Below, in pieces: positions 47,660 to 60,160 of a stretch of 64,000 nucleotides of DNA; positions within the stretch are counted from its first letter, which is position 1; the number at the start of each line of letters is the position of its first letter. The stretch comes from Adineta vaga (lineage: Eukaryota; Animalia; Rotifera), in assembly GCA_021613535.1 (NCBI GenBank), contig CP075494.1, forward strand, positions 6,696,001-6,760,000, given 5' to 3'. A program made the position numbers and the translations under genes. Below the pieces are notes generated by a model that saw only the letters and a list, made by a program, of their open reading frames with translations, was not told the DNA's origin and did no database searches.

Positions 47660-48731
47660 TTAGATTTCCATGAGATTCGTTCCTATAGGAAAAACAAAGA
47701 AATATTTATAAAGAATTCTATTTTCTTCTAAATTTCTCACCGGAAAGAATAGAATTTGAACTATTTTCATGACCGGTAAGATTCGACATTTGACCAGCTT
47801 GTAATATTGCTGTTAATTTTTCGACTTCTTCCAGTGATTTTGCTTCTTTAATAACTTTCTAAATGCGAATCAAGAAATGAAAAACACAATTAGCAACAGA
47901 AAACAAACTTTAATAGCTTCGGCATCTTTCTTGGTCAATCTCGGTACTTGTTGTTTCGGTAATTCTTCTCCTGGTACAAATCTATTGATATTCTTTTGTT
48001 TCTTCTTGTCTTTTTTACTTGATTTAGATTTATAAATTTTATTAGAAGCTTCGCGTTCCTAGAATTAAAAATAAATTTCCAAGAATTCATCCTGTTTAAT
48101 ATTTACTTTGCCAGTGATACGATTAAAATCGAGCGTACGTAAATTTGGTAAAATATGAATAACATAAAGTCGATAATCTTTTGTCATAGCAATTGGATTT
48201 CCAACAAAGCTGTCGAAGAGAAATAAATCTTTTCCTTTGTCATGTGAAAAGAATTACCTGACATGTGCCAGTTTTGCTAATGTAGATAACGCATCAATAT
48301 CTGTTAAAACTTGTAAAGAATTATTATTAAGTATAAGTGTATCTAGATTTGGAATGTATTGTTCAAGATTTAAAGCAATAGATCTAAAAATGAATTGATG
48401 GCATGTCGAAAATATAGAATAGCATTACTATTATCTTTTACATACGCTATACGATTATTAGCAAGATAGAGTGTTTTTATTTTTGGTAGGTATGGAAAGC
48501 CATCAAGTTTTCGTAAATCATTATTGGTCAAATCGATTGTGTCAAATTGATTTAATGTTGCACCTAAGTTTTCGATGAGTGGAATTTTTAAATCTATATA
48601 TATATATAGTCGATTATTCAAACTAATTTAATAAATTTAATTGATTTACCTCTTAAACTGAGTTCATATTGACCAACTGGATTCAAATATTGTGGAGCAT
48701 TTTCAATTACTTCAGGTGTAAGACGAACCAT
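47660..48731 (-). CDS. SNRPA1: U2 snRNP protein A'
   Basis: MVRLTPEVIENAPQYLNP...IPLIENLGATLNQFDTIDLTNNDLRKLDGFP...YRLYVI...LDF; ends ...GTNLMEI*. Confidence 0.95.
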
Positions 48732-48826
48732 TATTACAAGGATAAATTAAATTGATGTAAGAATTAGTTTCGAAAATTTCTTTTTTCTTTCAAATCTTTT
48801 GCTGCAATCGTATTGTGTAATCAATT

Positions 48827-48867
48827 AACCAATCATACCTTTGGTTGCATTATTATTTTGATTGGTT
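48827..48867. promoter_or_regulatory. Bidirectional promoter with an inverted CCAAT pair
   Basis: AACCAATCA (48827-48835) and TGATTGGTT (48859-48867) in the 212-nt gap between divergent SNRPA1 and mRpL40. Confidence 0.55.
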
Positions 48868-48943
48868 CATAACGACCAGCAGACAAAATTCCTCTAGATA
48901 CCATCATCAGCTTCAAGTTTTTTTTGTTATATTTAGTTTAACT

Positions 48944-49719
48944 ATGAATAGGAATATCGTATCAACATCAATATTTCTTCTTCGAAATACATGGGTTCGT
49001 TCTATTCATACGACAACAATTAACTATGCTCTACCAACGAAAGCGAAAAAGAAAGCTGATCCAACGTCGGATAAAATTCGCGAAGATCGTAAACGACGTC
49101 GTTATGAAAAAGCTATTAGTAAATTAGAAAAATTTAAACTTCAATTGAAACCTATTCATGAATATGAATCTGAAAGACGTATTCTCAAAGAACTCGAGTA
49201 TGAAAACAATCTATGAAAACATTTTTTTCTCATGACTCTTTCTTTAGTGTTCGAAAACGTTCACCGTCTGAATTAACATCGGAAGAAACAACTCAACGAT
49301 TAATGTTAAATCGTGATTGGGCTAAACATAAACATAAACAACATCAACAAGAAATAAATCTAATTTCTCGTGCTTTGAAATCACAAGAAAATGCATTAGA
49401 ACAATTGAAACAAGAAAGTGAACAACTTTATGAACAAGCTATACAAGTATGAACTCGAATTTTGAGTTATTTCCCATGATATTCTCTCTTCTAGGTAGAT
49501 ACAAAATTGATTCCATATATTCGTCGTGGACCTCTCTACAGTCTTCCAAATCCAAGTTATGATGCACCTGATGGAGATTATTTTGATACAACGAATTATT
49601 TTTCAAAAGGTTTCGGTGTTAATTTCATGGACCATATGAAAACAATGGAACGTCAAAAATGGACTGAGATACGTGCTGAACGTCGTGCAAAAAAAGAAGA
49701 AAAAGATGCCGATAAATAG
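48944..49719 (+). CDS. MRPL40: Mitochondrial ribosomal protein L40 (3 exons)
   Basis: Transit peptide; KAKKKADP...EKAISKLEK...LKPI...SQENALEQLKQESEQLYEQA...PNPSYDAPDGDYFDTT. Confidence 0.88.
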
Positions 49720-49793
49720 AACATGTTTTTCTTTCTTAATAAATATCCATCATCTAACTAGTCAATTAATTGTTTGTTTTTGCCGTTTTAGAT

Positions 49794-50201
49794 ATGTCAG
49801 TTAAACATCTAGGTAGTTGCCATTGTGGTGCAGTTAAATTTGAAGTTGAAGCGCCTGCTCATTTGCGTGTTTTTCGGTGCAATTGTTCAATTTGTCGTAA
49901 AAAACAAAATAATCATTTTATTATTCCGAAACTGCAGTTTAAATTATTGACTGGTGATGATTATTTAACGACATATACATTCAATACTCATCGAGCTCAA
50001 CATATTTTTTGTCGTAAATGTGGTGTACAAAGTTTTTATTCACCACGAAGTAATCCTGATTGTTATGGTGTTATGCCACATTGTATCGATAGCGATACAA
50101 TAAAGTCAATTGAATATATGGATTTTGATGGAGAAAATTGGGAAAAATCAATGAATGAATGCTTGCAAAAAGAAGAAAATAATCCTTTTGACATAAAATA
50201 A
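49794..50201 (+). CDS. CENPV: CENP-V / GFA-family zinc protein (intronless)
   Basis: GSCHCGAVKF...CNCSICRKK...HIFCRKCGVQSFY.PRSNP...FDGENWE. Confidence 0.9.
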   Translation: MSVKHLGSCHCGAVKFEVEAPAHLRVFRCNCSICRKKQNNHFIIPKLQFKLLTGDDYLTTYTFNTHRAQHIFCRKCGVQSFYSPRSNPDCYGVMPHCIDSDTIKSIEYMDFDGENWEKSMNECLQKEENNPFDIK

Positions 50202-50222
50202 ACGAACTTCTTTGTTTTAGAT

Positions 50223-51676
50223 ATGACTATTTCAGGAATAGATGGTATTGTTAAAGGTGATGTATCTCGAAAAGCCAATCGAGCACAATCTGAAGGTGTC
50301 AAAGTTCAACGAGGTATATTCACTGATTTCTAACTTTCGCTTGTTTTTATACGGTTATATTTCTATTTTGTAGGTTTTACTATTGCGTCTACAGGCATTC
50401 CATCGATTCCATCGCGTTATCTAACGATTGTCACAAAGAACAATGAAAAGAAAGGATTTTATCAAACTGCGAAACGTTTTCAATATGATACGGTATACGA
50501 TTCTTCTGAAAATCTCTTCATGAATATGATGAAACTTGATTTTATAGAGCTATACACCTGGTCCTGGACAATATCAAACTGTACAACCTATTGACAAACA
50601 ATTAGAAAAAACATCCGATTCAAAAAAAGGTTCCGGTGGTTTTGCTTCGAAGGTTAGTTGAAATATTTTCATGATTCTCTTTCTATATTCATATACGTAT
50701 GTATAAATAGAGCAGACGAGAAGGTTTTAAGAGTGGTGCAACAAGTGCACCAGCACCTACAAGTTATAATATTTCATCAAAATTGGGTAATGATCATCAT
50801 GATTTTAATCGAGCAAAATATTCGAGTATGTTTCAAAAACCAATTGCTGAACGACCACTCTCATCCAAAACATCACTTCCTGCTCCAAATCAATACGATG
50901 TTTGTTTAACACTCTTTTTCTCTTAGGTTTAACTTATTTTTTTTTTATTGTTTATCAGGTTCAACGAGGTTTGAAACGAACAACAAAAGCTAATAATGTT
51001 TCAGCTCAATCCGCTTTTCGTTCACATACAAAACGATCTGTTTCAACCAATAAACATTTTCTTACACCAGCTCCTGGTCTGTACGAATTATTTGTTTTCA
51101 TAGTAAAGAATGACGAGATTTTTTCATCTAGATACATATAATGTCGATGATACAGCTACACGAACACTAAGACCTATTCATCAATCAAGCTTTAAATCAA
51201 CTTCAAAACGTGATGCATTTGGTTCTCAACCAGGCATTCAAGTAATTATCTATATCATTTAGATTTTCATAACTGCTTGCCTTCGATTATTTTAGTTACC
51301 AGGACCCGCTGATTATCGACCGCATGAAAAATTAACTGAAGAAGCAAATCGACAAATATTTCCGTATGAAAAACGATTTTTTTTCATTCCATTGAAATTT
51401 ACATTCTACTTTAGACGTCATCCATATTTAACACTTTCTGCACCAGCTATTCCACCTTTACCCGATGCACCATTTCCTGGGCCAGGTGCTTATGAAATTT
51501 GTGGTTTTAAAGAAGTTGAAAAGAAATATATGTCATCGGCTGCTTTCGTTTCTAATACAAGTCGATGGGCTATTGATACAACAGCCGCTGCTGAACAACC
51601 TGGTCCAGCTTCATATACACCACGTACAGCATTGAAACAATCATTTAATTTCAATTTCGAGAAAAAATGGATCTGA
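50223..51676 (+). CDS. STPG1: SHIPPO/PG-rich repeat protein STPG1 (MAPO2)-like
   Basis: IPSIPSRY...EKKGF...AKRF, repeated PGPGxY/PAPxxY units, KQSFNFNFEKKWI*. Confidence 0.8.
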
Positions 51677-51900
51677 TAAAATCATCTGTGATCAATGATT
51701 CTCATCGAATGAACATATACTCAATTCTCTTTCCGTTTCAAATCAATTGTAATTATATTTTAGAATGACTTTTTTTAAAATATATTTTCCACGTTTTTTC
51801 TATTGCAAACCAATCAAAATATTCATTCAAAACTTTATTTTACTTCATAAAACACAATCCGCAGTGAGAATATACACGAAGATCATGAAAATAAAATGTT

Positions 51901-53193
51901 TTAAGCGATATTATCATTCTCATCATCTTTATTTTGATTGTAAATTTCAGCTAAGGTCATCGATGTTGTGATATTATTCACACCAAAACCTAACTTTTCC
52001 GATAGAATTTTTGCATTATCGACGTCCAATTTTCCAAAACTATAATTGGCAATCATTCTTCCTTTACGTAGGAGAGCTTTATCAATAACTCTTAGATCAC
52101 AATTGAATGTTGCAATAATTTGCATATGTATTGCATCACCTAATAAACCATCAGATAAATTTAATAAATTGGCAACAGCTTGTGTCATATTCGAAATTTG
52201 TTCCGTACGATCACGAATTATATTTTCAGCATCTTCAATAATCAAAATTGCATTTGGATGTTGGAGTAAAAAGGTTAAAAGTGCTGGTTTCGTTAAATCT
52301 TTCGCCATATCTGGCGGTAAATAAACCAGTTTTTTACTACTAATTTCGTCTAATAAGTAACGAATATAGTGCGTTTTACCTAATTCAAAAAAACAAAAGA
52401 GAACTCACGTCAAATTCATTTCCAAATACCTCTCACTTACCACTACCAGGTAAACCATGTAATAAAACAATACCATGACCATCTTTTTTATTCAACTCGT
52501 TAAGAATACATTTGTGAGTATTAACAAAATTTTGACCATAATGTAATGCTAAATCATAGATCAACGGCTTTTTTATTTTAATATGAATTAAACGATATCC
52601 TGTTAATGGACTACTGCCTATTAAATGAAGTTTTAACAATTTACTAGTGCATACAGATCTTTTCATAAATTCTTTTCCAATATTTTGAACTTGAGAATCA
52701 AGATCAGGAAGATAATAGATAGTGATTTGTTTTGATACAACAAAAGAATCATCGGATAGATCCGGATGATAATTATTTGGATTATCGACATCAGATACTA
52801 AATGTGCATTGTTGACAAACACCATTATACCATTTCCTAGATCGGAAAGACGAGTACTAAATTTAAAAATGAACTTTTTTTTATATCAACGATTATATAA
52901 ACATACGTGACATAGAATTGTTTGGATTTTATATGAAATTTTTGTGAAACAATATCATTCATTAAATTATGTTGAAATTCAGTTTGTAGATAATTTAAGA
53001 TGGATGAAATATGAAATAATTCATTTGCATCTTGCTTACATGTTAATAAACATGGAAATGCTTTATAACAATTGAAGAAAAATCGTACAGCTGGTATTTG
53101 TTTATTTTGTACACGAGTGCTAGTAAATTTTTCTTGAGCAGTGACAGATAATTTAGGAAAATATGCGATATATTTATCTGATACAATCGACAT
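51901..53193 (-). CDS. AAA+ ATPase of bacterial type, with introns
   Basis: Walker A GLPGSGKT (split by an intron), Walker B LIIEDAE, NLLNLSDGLLGD, IIATFN, DKALLRKGR. Confidence 0.85.
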
Positions 53194-53414
53194 TTCTTTT
53201 GAAAACTGTGAATTAGAAACAATAGTTTAGTTTATATAGTGTTGCTCTATTTCAAAGCGATGTCGCAAGAAGCAAAAGAAAAAATTCACGATTGTGCAAG
53301 TACTGACAAATACGTTCGAAGATGTTGTTTTTCTTTCATTTACTTTTATTGTAGTTTCTACAATGAGTCATTCTGGTTGTTTCAATTCATTTGATTGACA
53401 GAAAAAAATCAAAA

Positions 53415-54966
53415 TCAAAAAGAACATGTCATATTTTGTAAATGCCATGATTGTGAATCTCGTCCAAGAGCACAATATTCACTATCAAGTCGCATAATAG
53501 TACCATTGAGTTGAAGAGAATTATTGCACTGTGATACGGCCTTTATATTCCATACATTTGATGAAAGAATATAATCTTGTCCTTGATTGGATTCTTCTCC
53601 ATCCGTACCTGATGGTATTAATGTGGCAGGAAGCGTTACACTGAATGAAACATGTTTATCTTCATTTAATACGATAAGATCGATCAGAAAGAGATCTTTG
53701 ATTGTTCCTTTGAAAATACCTGTTTTCCAATTGAATTTAGGTAATTCATTCAATTCAGGTCCTAATTCTTTGGCCATATCAGTTATGCGTATCATTTCAA
53801 TAACAGACGAAGGAGAATATCTTGATCGACAATTAAGAAATCGATGTCGTAAAAAAAGAGTTGTCATATTTCGAAAGCAGATAAAAACGGATACTTCCAT
53901 ATCATTTGGTTTTGGAAAATATCGTGGAATCAAACAATGGGATAACGATCGATTAGTTGTTACATGTGTTAAACGAAGACCAATAAAGAAAAGTTCTCGA
54001 AATGATAAATAGTTAATATTGAAGACTAGAAAAGCAAATGATTTGTCTTTTTCATAATAACCAATTAGAAGATCGTCTTCATTCGATAATCTTGATACAA
54101 GTATAGGTGATTTAAGATCTTTTGTTAATGAAATCGTTCTACTTTTAAATAGACTCCAATCGAATTTATATTCATGTAATAAGGATTGGATTCTTTGTGT
54201 ATGTTGAAATGGTTTTTCTGTAACATTCGCTAATTGTTCATTTCCTTGAGGTAAACGAATACGATTTGGACGTGTATTTATTTTAATTGAAACAACTGCA
54301 AACAGTCGAAGATAATGTACACGAGTTAACATTTCTGGCATGGTTATTTCAAACCAACGAATTGACATACTAATATCGAAAAATTTCATTGTTTCATATT
54401 TTTGTGACCAAATAATATTATGTTTATCATCACAAAATGCAAGTAGAAATTGAAATCGATCGGAATATTTCGTAAATATTTTTTCATAATCAGGTATACC
54501 TGTATAAGATTTATATGTATCAACTTTAACAGGAAATAGGGTTTGTAATTGAGTTTTAATTTGTTCATTTAAATATGTCTGAATCCGTTGTTTACTTGTT
54601 GTGTTGGAGGATGCAGTTTGATCAAGACCATAGGAATGAACTAATGAACGCCAAAGACTTTCATCTTGAGAAACGGCATGCCTGAAGAATAGAAGAAGTT
54701 AAACAACGAACTTAAAATAAGTTTCTTGCTTTTAAAGAAAACTATGTTTACCATCGACGGGAGACAATGCCAACATTGAGAAGATCAATTGGTGATAGAT
54801 AACGAAAAATAGAAAGGAGTAAATCATCAGGAAACTCATTAATCTCAATTTTTTTTTGAACTATATAACGTGGTTTTGTCGCATTTGGTAAAGGAAATAC
54901 CGTTGTCTTTTTACTTAGAGATTGATTCGAAGATGTAGTACGCCGAATTGGTTTCACATTCGACAT
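53415..54966 (-). CDS. FBXO15: F-box protein, FBXO15-like (2 exons)
   Basis: F-box FPDDLLLSIFRYLSPIDLLNVGIVSRRW|HAVSQDESLWR; YTGIP; WKTGIFKGTIKDLFLIDLIVLNE resembles the FBXO15 C-terminal domain. Confidence 0.72.
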
Positions 54967-55485
54967 TGTTTTTCTCACGCAAGTAAATATTACTTTATAA
55001 CTTTATTCTTAGTCTTCCATTCATTCAACACTACTTCATTTTTCAGGGTTACTCGTTGGCAACCACTTCTCTTCATACATATTCCGTACAGATGGCATCA
55101 GTCGACGATCAAGCAAGGTCAGACATGCACACGACCATCAAAACAGGGTGTATTCTTTTCATATACGAACCAGACATTCGAACCAACATCACTCCTAGAT
55201 CATACGTTTTCCCTAACGCTCACCTCACGATCACCTCATTCTCTTTCTATATATATATACACACCATGGATATCAGATTTTCATATAGAACAATCGAAAT
55301 GTGTTCTCTTACTCCTTAGATAAAAAACAGTAAGTACATATGAATCATATTATTCTTTAAAACAGGTCTTTGTTCATTTTCAATGGAATTTTTTTTAAAT
55401 TAGTAATGTTTTCTTCGATCAAAAATCATCGATTGTCGATAAAATTATTCTTTCGTTTAAAATTAATTCTAGATAATCTATTAGT

Positions 55486-58400
55486 ATGTCAACTAAAGCA
55501 ATATACGAAGCAACTGGCAAAAAACTGTTGAATAAATATCTTGGTTCAACAGCTACCGAATGTCGATGTGTGAGCATTGATGCTGAAACAGATTGGAATG
55601 AAGTCGTTGCGAATAATACCTGGTTGAAATCAGAAGTATGCAAATATTTAACATTGAAAAGCAATACTTAAGATAAGACTATATTCTTTCTAGCGATTGG
55701 TTGCAAAACCCGATCAATTGATTAAACGTCGTGGTAAACTTGGTTTAATCAAAGCAAACGTCGATCTTCAAGGTGCACAAGATTTTATCAAAGCAAATCT
55801 TGATAAAGAAATCTCTGTAAGTTTGTTCGTTCTGAATGACGAAATAGAAAAAAGTTTATATTCTTACATTTAGATTGGACATACAACAGGAAAATTGAAA
55901 CATTTTATTATTGAACCATATTTAAGTCATGAAAATGTCGATGAAATGTATATATGTATTTATTCCAATCGTGATGGTGAAGTTATACTTTTTCATCATG
56001 AAGGTGGTATTGATATTGGCGATGTTGATTCTAAAGCATTACAATATTCGATTCTCATTAATGATCCATTCGATGTTAAAAGCATGGAAAGTACTCTGTT
56101 AAAAAATGTAACAGATGATCGTCGAACGTAAGTTTGAAAAATTCATATTTTTATGTATTCTTCGATTCAATTTTTGACATTTCAGACTTCTTTCGACATT
56201 TATAACAAAATTATATGAAGTTTATATGGATTTACAATTTACTTATTTAGAAATCAATCCATTAGTAGTTACATCAAAATCCATTCATATATTAGATTTA
56301 GCTAGTCGACTTGATCAAACAGCGGAATATTTATGTGCTTCAAAATGGGGAAAGATCGAATTTCCACCACCATTCGGTCGAGATGCATATTCTGAAGTAG
56401 GTGAAGTTTTCTGGTATTTTCTCGGATAAAGATTCAATTTTAGGAAGCTTATATTGCTGAACTTGATGCAAAATCAGGTGCATCATTGAAATTAACTGTT
56501 CTTAATCCAAAAGGTCGTGTATGGACTATGGTTGCTGGTGGTGGTGCATCTGTTATTTACAGGTAAATTAATCATGGATTCTTTTCAAGGTTAACACTTC
56601 TTTTTTGTTTGAAGTGATACGATCTGTGATCTTGGTTTCTCTGCTGAATTAGCTAATTATGGTGAATATTCTGGCGCACCCAGTGAACAACAAACGTATG
56701 AATATGCAAAAACAATCTTATCATTGATGACAAAAGAAAAGAATGCAGAGGGAAAGATACTTATTATTGGTGGTGGTATTGCTAATTTTACTAATGTAGC
56801 AGCAACCTTTAAAGTTTGTATATAAAAAAAACCGTCATTTTCGAAGTAATTGATAACACTGATCTTTTAGGGTATTGTCAAAGCATTACAAGAATATCGT
56901 GAACGTTTAATTGAATATAAAATATCCATTTTTGTACGACGAGCTGGACCAAATTATCAAGAAGGATTACGTATTATGCGTGAAGTCGGTGCATCATTAG
57001 GTGTACCTATTTATGTCTTCGGACCTGAAACACACATGACAGCAATTGTTGGAATGGCACTTGGTAAGCAATAATTTCGACCAAATGTATTCATTATGAT
57101 TGTATAATTGTAATTCATTTAGGAAAACGGCCAATCGTTCCACCTGAACAAGCTGAATTAACAACAGCAAATTTCTTGCTTTCAACTAGTGTGCATGTAA
57201 GTATATAGATAAACAAGTTGAATTTATTATCCAATTTTTGATTAGCAACCAAAACTAAATGTTATTGAACAACGTAACAACGATTCAAACTCAACTACTT
57301 TTAATGAACGTCAGTCAACCATGGTATATATTTCATTGTAAAATTGTATTTTGATTATCTGTTCTATTCTAGCAAAATGGAGAGAATCATGTTAATGGAG
57401 TTGATTCAACATCTGTTCATAAATTATCAAATAGTGTAGAGACAAATTTAAATCGACCACTGTTTACTAATACAACGAGAGCAATTGTATGGGGCATGCA
57501 AACAAAAGTAAATTATTAATATAGAAAACATTCGATTATTAGTCTTTCTTATTCCTTAGGCAGTACAAGGCATGCTCGATTTTGATCATGTATGTCGTCG
57601 GACACAACCATCCGTTGTTGCATTGATTTATCCATTTACCGGTGATCATCAACAGAAATTCTATTGGGGTCATGAAGAAATTCTTATTCCATGTTATAAA
57701 AATATGGCAGATTGTATGAAACGACATTCTGATGCTGATGTACTTATTAATTTTGCATCATTACGGTCAGCTTATGAGAGTACTATTGAAACAATGAAAT
57801 ATCCACAAGTAAATCAAGATAGGAAAATAGTTTTCGATGTAATTATTAAATTTCTTGTAGATTCGTTCAATTGCAATTATTGCTGAAGGTATTCCAGAAC
57901 AATATACACGACGTATGATAAGATTAGCAAATGAAAAAGGTGTTTATTTGATTGGACCGGCAACTGTATGTAAATTTTCTGAGAGTATTCATTCTTTATT
58001 TAAACTTCATTGTACATCATATAGGTTGGTGGTTTGAAAGCTGGTTGCTTTAAAATTGGTCATACTGGTGGTATGCTTGACAATATTCTTATGTCGAAAC
58101 TCTATCGACCTGGAAGGTACAGAACGATATTTATCAATGGCAATATGACGAAAAATAATTCTATATTATTTTAGTGTTGCCTATGTTTCTCGATCAGGTG
58201 GCATGTCGAATGAATTGAATAACATCATTTCTCGTAATTCAGATGGTGTCTATGAAGGTATTGCAATAGGTGGAGATCGGTATGTAAATATTCTTAATCG
58301 AATATTAATTCATATTCAAACAAGTAAATGATTTATTTCAGTTATCCAGGTACAACATTTACTGATCACATCTTTCGCTATGAAAAAGATCCTGAAGCTA

Positions 58401-59947
58401 AAGTGATCGTACTTCTTGGCGAGGTTAGATTTTTCTTTTATAGCGTAATCTTTAATCTATAAAAAGTTTTATGATAGGTTGGTGGTGTTGAAGAATATTA
58501 TATATGTGATGCGTTAAAATCGAAACGAATAACTAAACCATTGATAGCTTGGTGTATTGGTACATGTGCATCGATGTTTACTTCAGAAGTTCAATTCGGT
58601 CATGCTGGTTCACATGCTGATAATGATCGCGAAACAGCAGTAGCAAAAAATAAAGCATTGAAAACAGCTGGAGCTTATGTACCAACTAGTTTCGATGAAC
58701 TAGGAGATTTAATTCAGTAAGAGAAAATAAAGATTCTTTCATTTGAAACTTATGATACTATTATAGTTCGGTATTTATCAATCTGGTACAAGCAGGACAA
58801 TTGACTCCAAAACCTGATCTCTTACCACCATCCGTACCAATGGATTATGATTGGGCTCGAGTATGCTAGAAGATGATAGTTCGTTTCATGATATCAATAA
58901 TTCTTTCTAGGAACTTGGTTTAATACGTAAACCTGCAAGTTTTATGACAAGTATTGTTGATGATCGTGGTCAAGAAGTATTATATGCTGGTATGCCAATT
59001 ACTGATGTTATTAAAGAAGATATGGGAATTGGAGGTGTACTCAGTTTACTTTGGTTTCGAAAACGGTTTGTTTGAATTGAAAATTTTTTGAAAAAGTGAA
59101 ACAAATGAATTCTTTTAGTTTACCAAAATATGCTACAAAATTCTTGGAAATGATTCTCATGGTGACAGCTGATCATGGACCAGCTGTTAGTGGTGCACAT
59201 AATACAATTGTCTGTGCACGTGCTGGAAAAGATTTAGTTTCATGTTTAGCTTCAGGATTATTAACCATTGTAAGGAAAAGATGAATAAAAAAACGAATGA
59301 TGTATTGGAACCTTGATGATTTCATCTATTTAGGGTGATCGATTTGGTGGTGCGCTTGATGATGCTGCAAGACAATTCAGTTCTGCATATGATACTGGTT
59401 TACATCCGGCTGATTTTGTGAATAAAATGCGTAAGGAAGGAAAATTGATCATGGGTATTGGACATCGAGTTAAATCGGTAGGAGAAACGAAAAACAAAAC
59501 TTCTTTAATATCTTTCATCATTTTTCCAGTTAAATAATCCAGATATGCGTGTTGTTCTTCTCGAAAAATATGTTAAAGAACATTTTCCCACATCGCCATT
59601 ACTTGATTATGCATTAGAAGTTGAAAAAATAACTGTCAGCAAGGTAATCATTTCACATTAGAATAATATTTGTTATTGAATTTGTCTTGTTCATATAGAA
59701 ACCAAACTTAATTCTAAATGTCGATGGTTGTATTGGTGTAGCAATGGTTGATTTATTACGTCATTGTGGTTGTTTTACTCTTGAAGAAGCAAGTGAATTC
59801 ATTGAAAATGGTGCATTAAATGGTCTCTTTGTTCTTGGAAGAAGTCTCGGTTTTATCGGTCATTTTCTTGATCAAAAACGTCTTCGACAAGGTCTCTATC
59901 GTCATCCATGGGATGATATTTCATATATTTTACCAGAAGCAATGTAG
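55486..59947 (+). CDS. ACLY: ATP-citrate lyase (single fused polypeptide)
   Basis: [57 protein letters not shown]. Confidence 0.98.
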
Positions 59948-60160
59948 AACAGAACAATAGATATACACATTCCTGTGTGTTTCTAGCAATATTTTATTTT
60001 ACAGCATTTTAACATAGATATTATTGTATTTCCGACAGTGGCTTTTCTTTTTTTTGTTTTTAAACAGAAACAATATAAAAAAAACAGAGTAAAATGACGT
60101 GAATTTTAGACAGAAAAAAAACAAATTGGACGGATAATTATTGAACTATCAGACATATTA

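Noticed and set aside
53587-54012. Antisense ORFs over coding exons (also 17064, 39314, 52046 and others)
   Set aside because: Shadow ORFs on the opposite strand of well-supported genes.
55048-55063. RFX X-box-like GTTACT-CGTT-GGCAAC upstream of FBXO15
   Set aside because: The spacer is longer than the usual 0-3 nt; a single short motif is not supportable without conservation.
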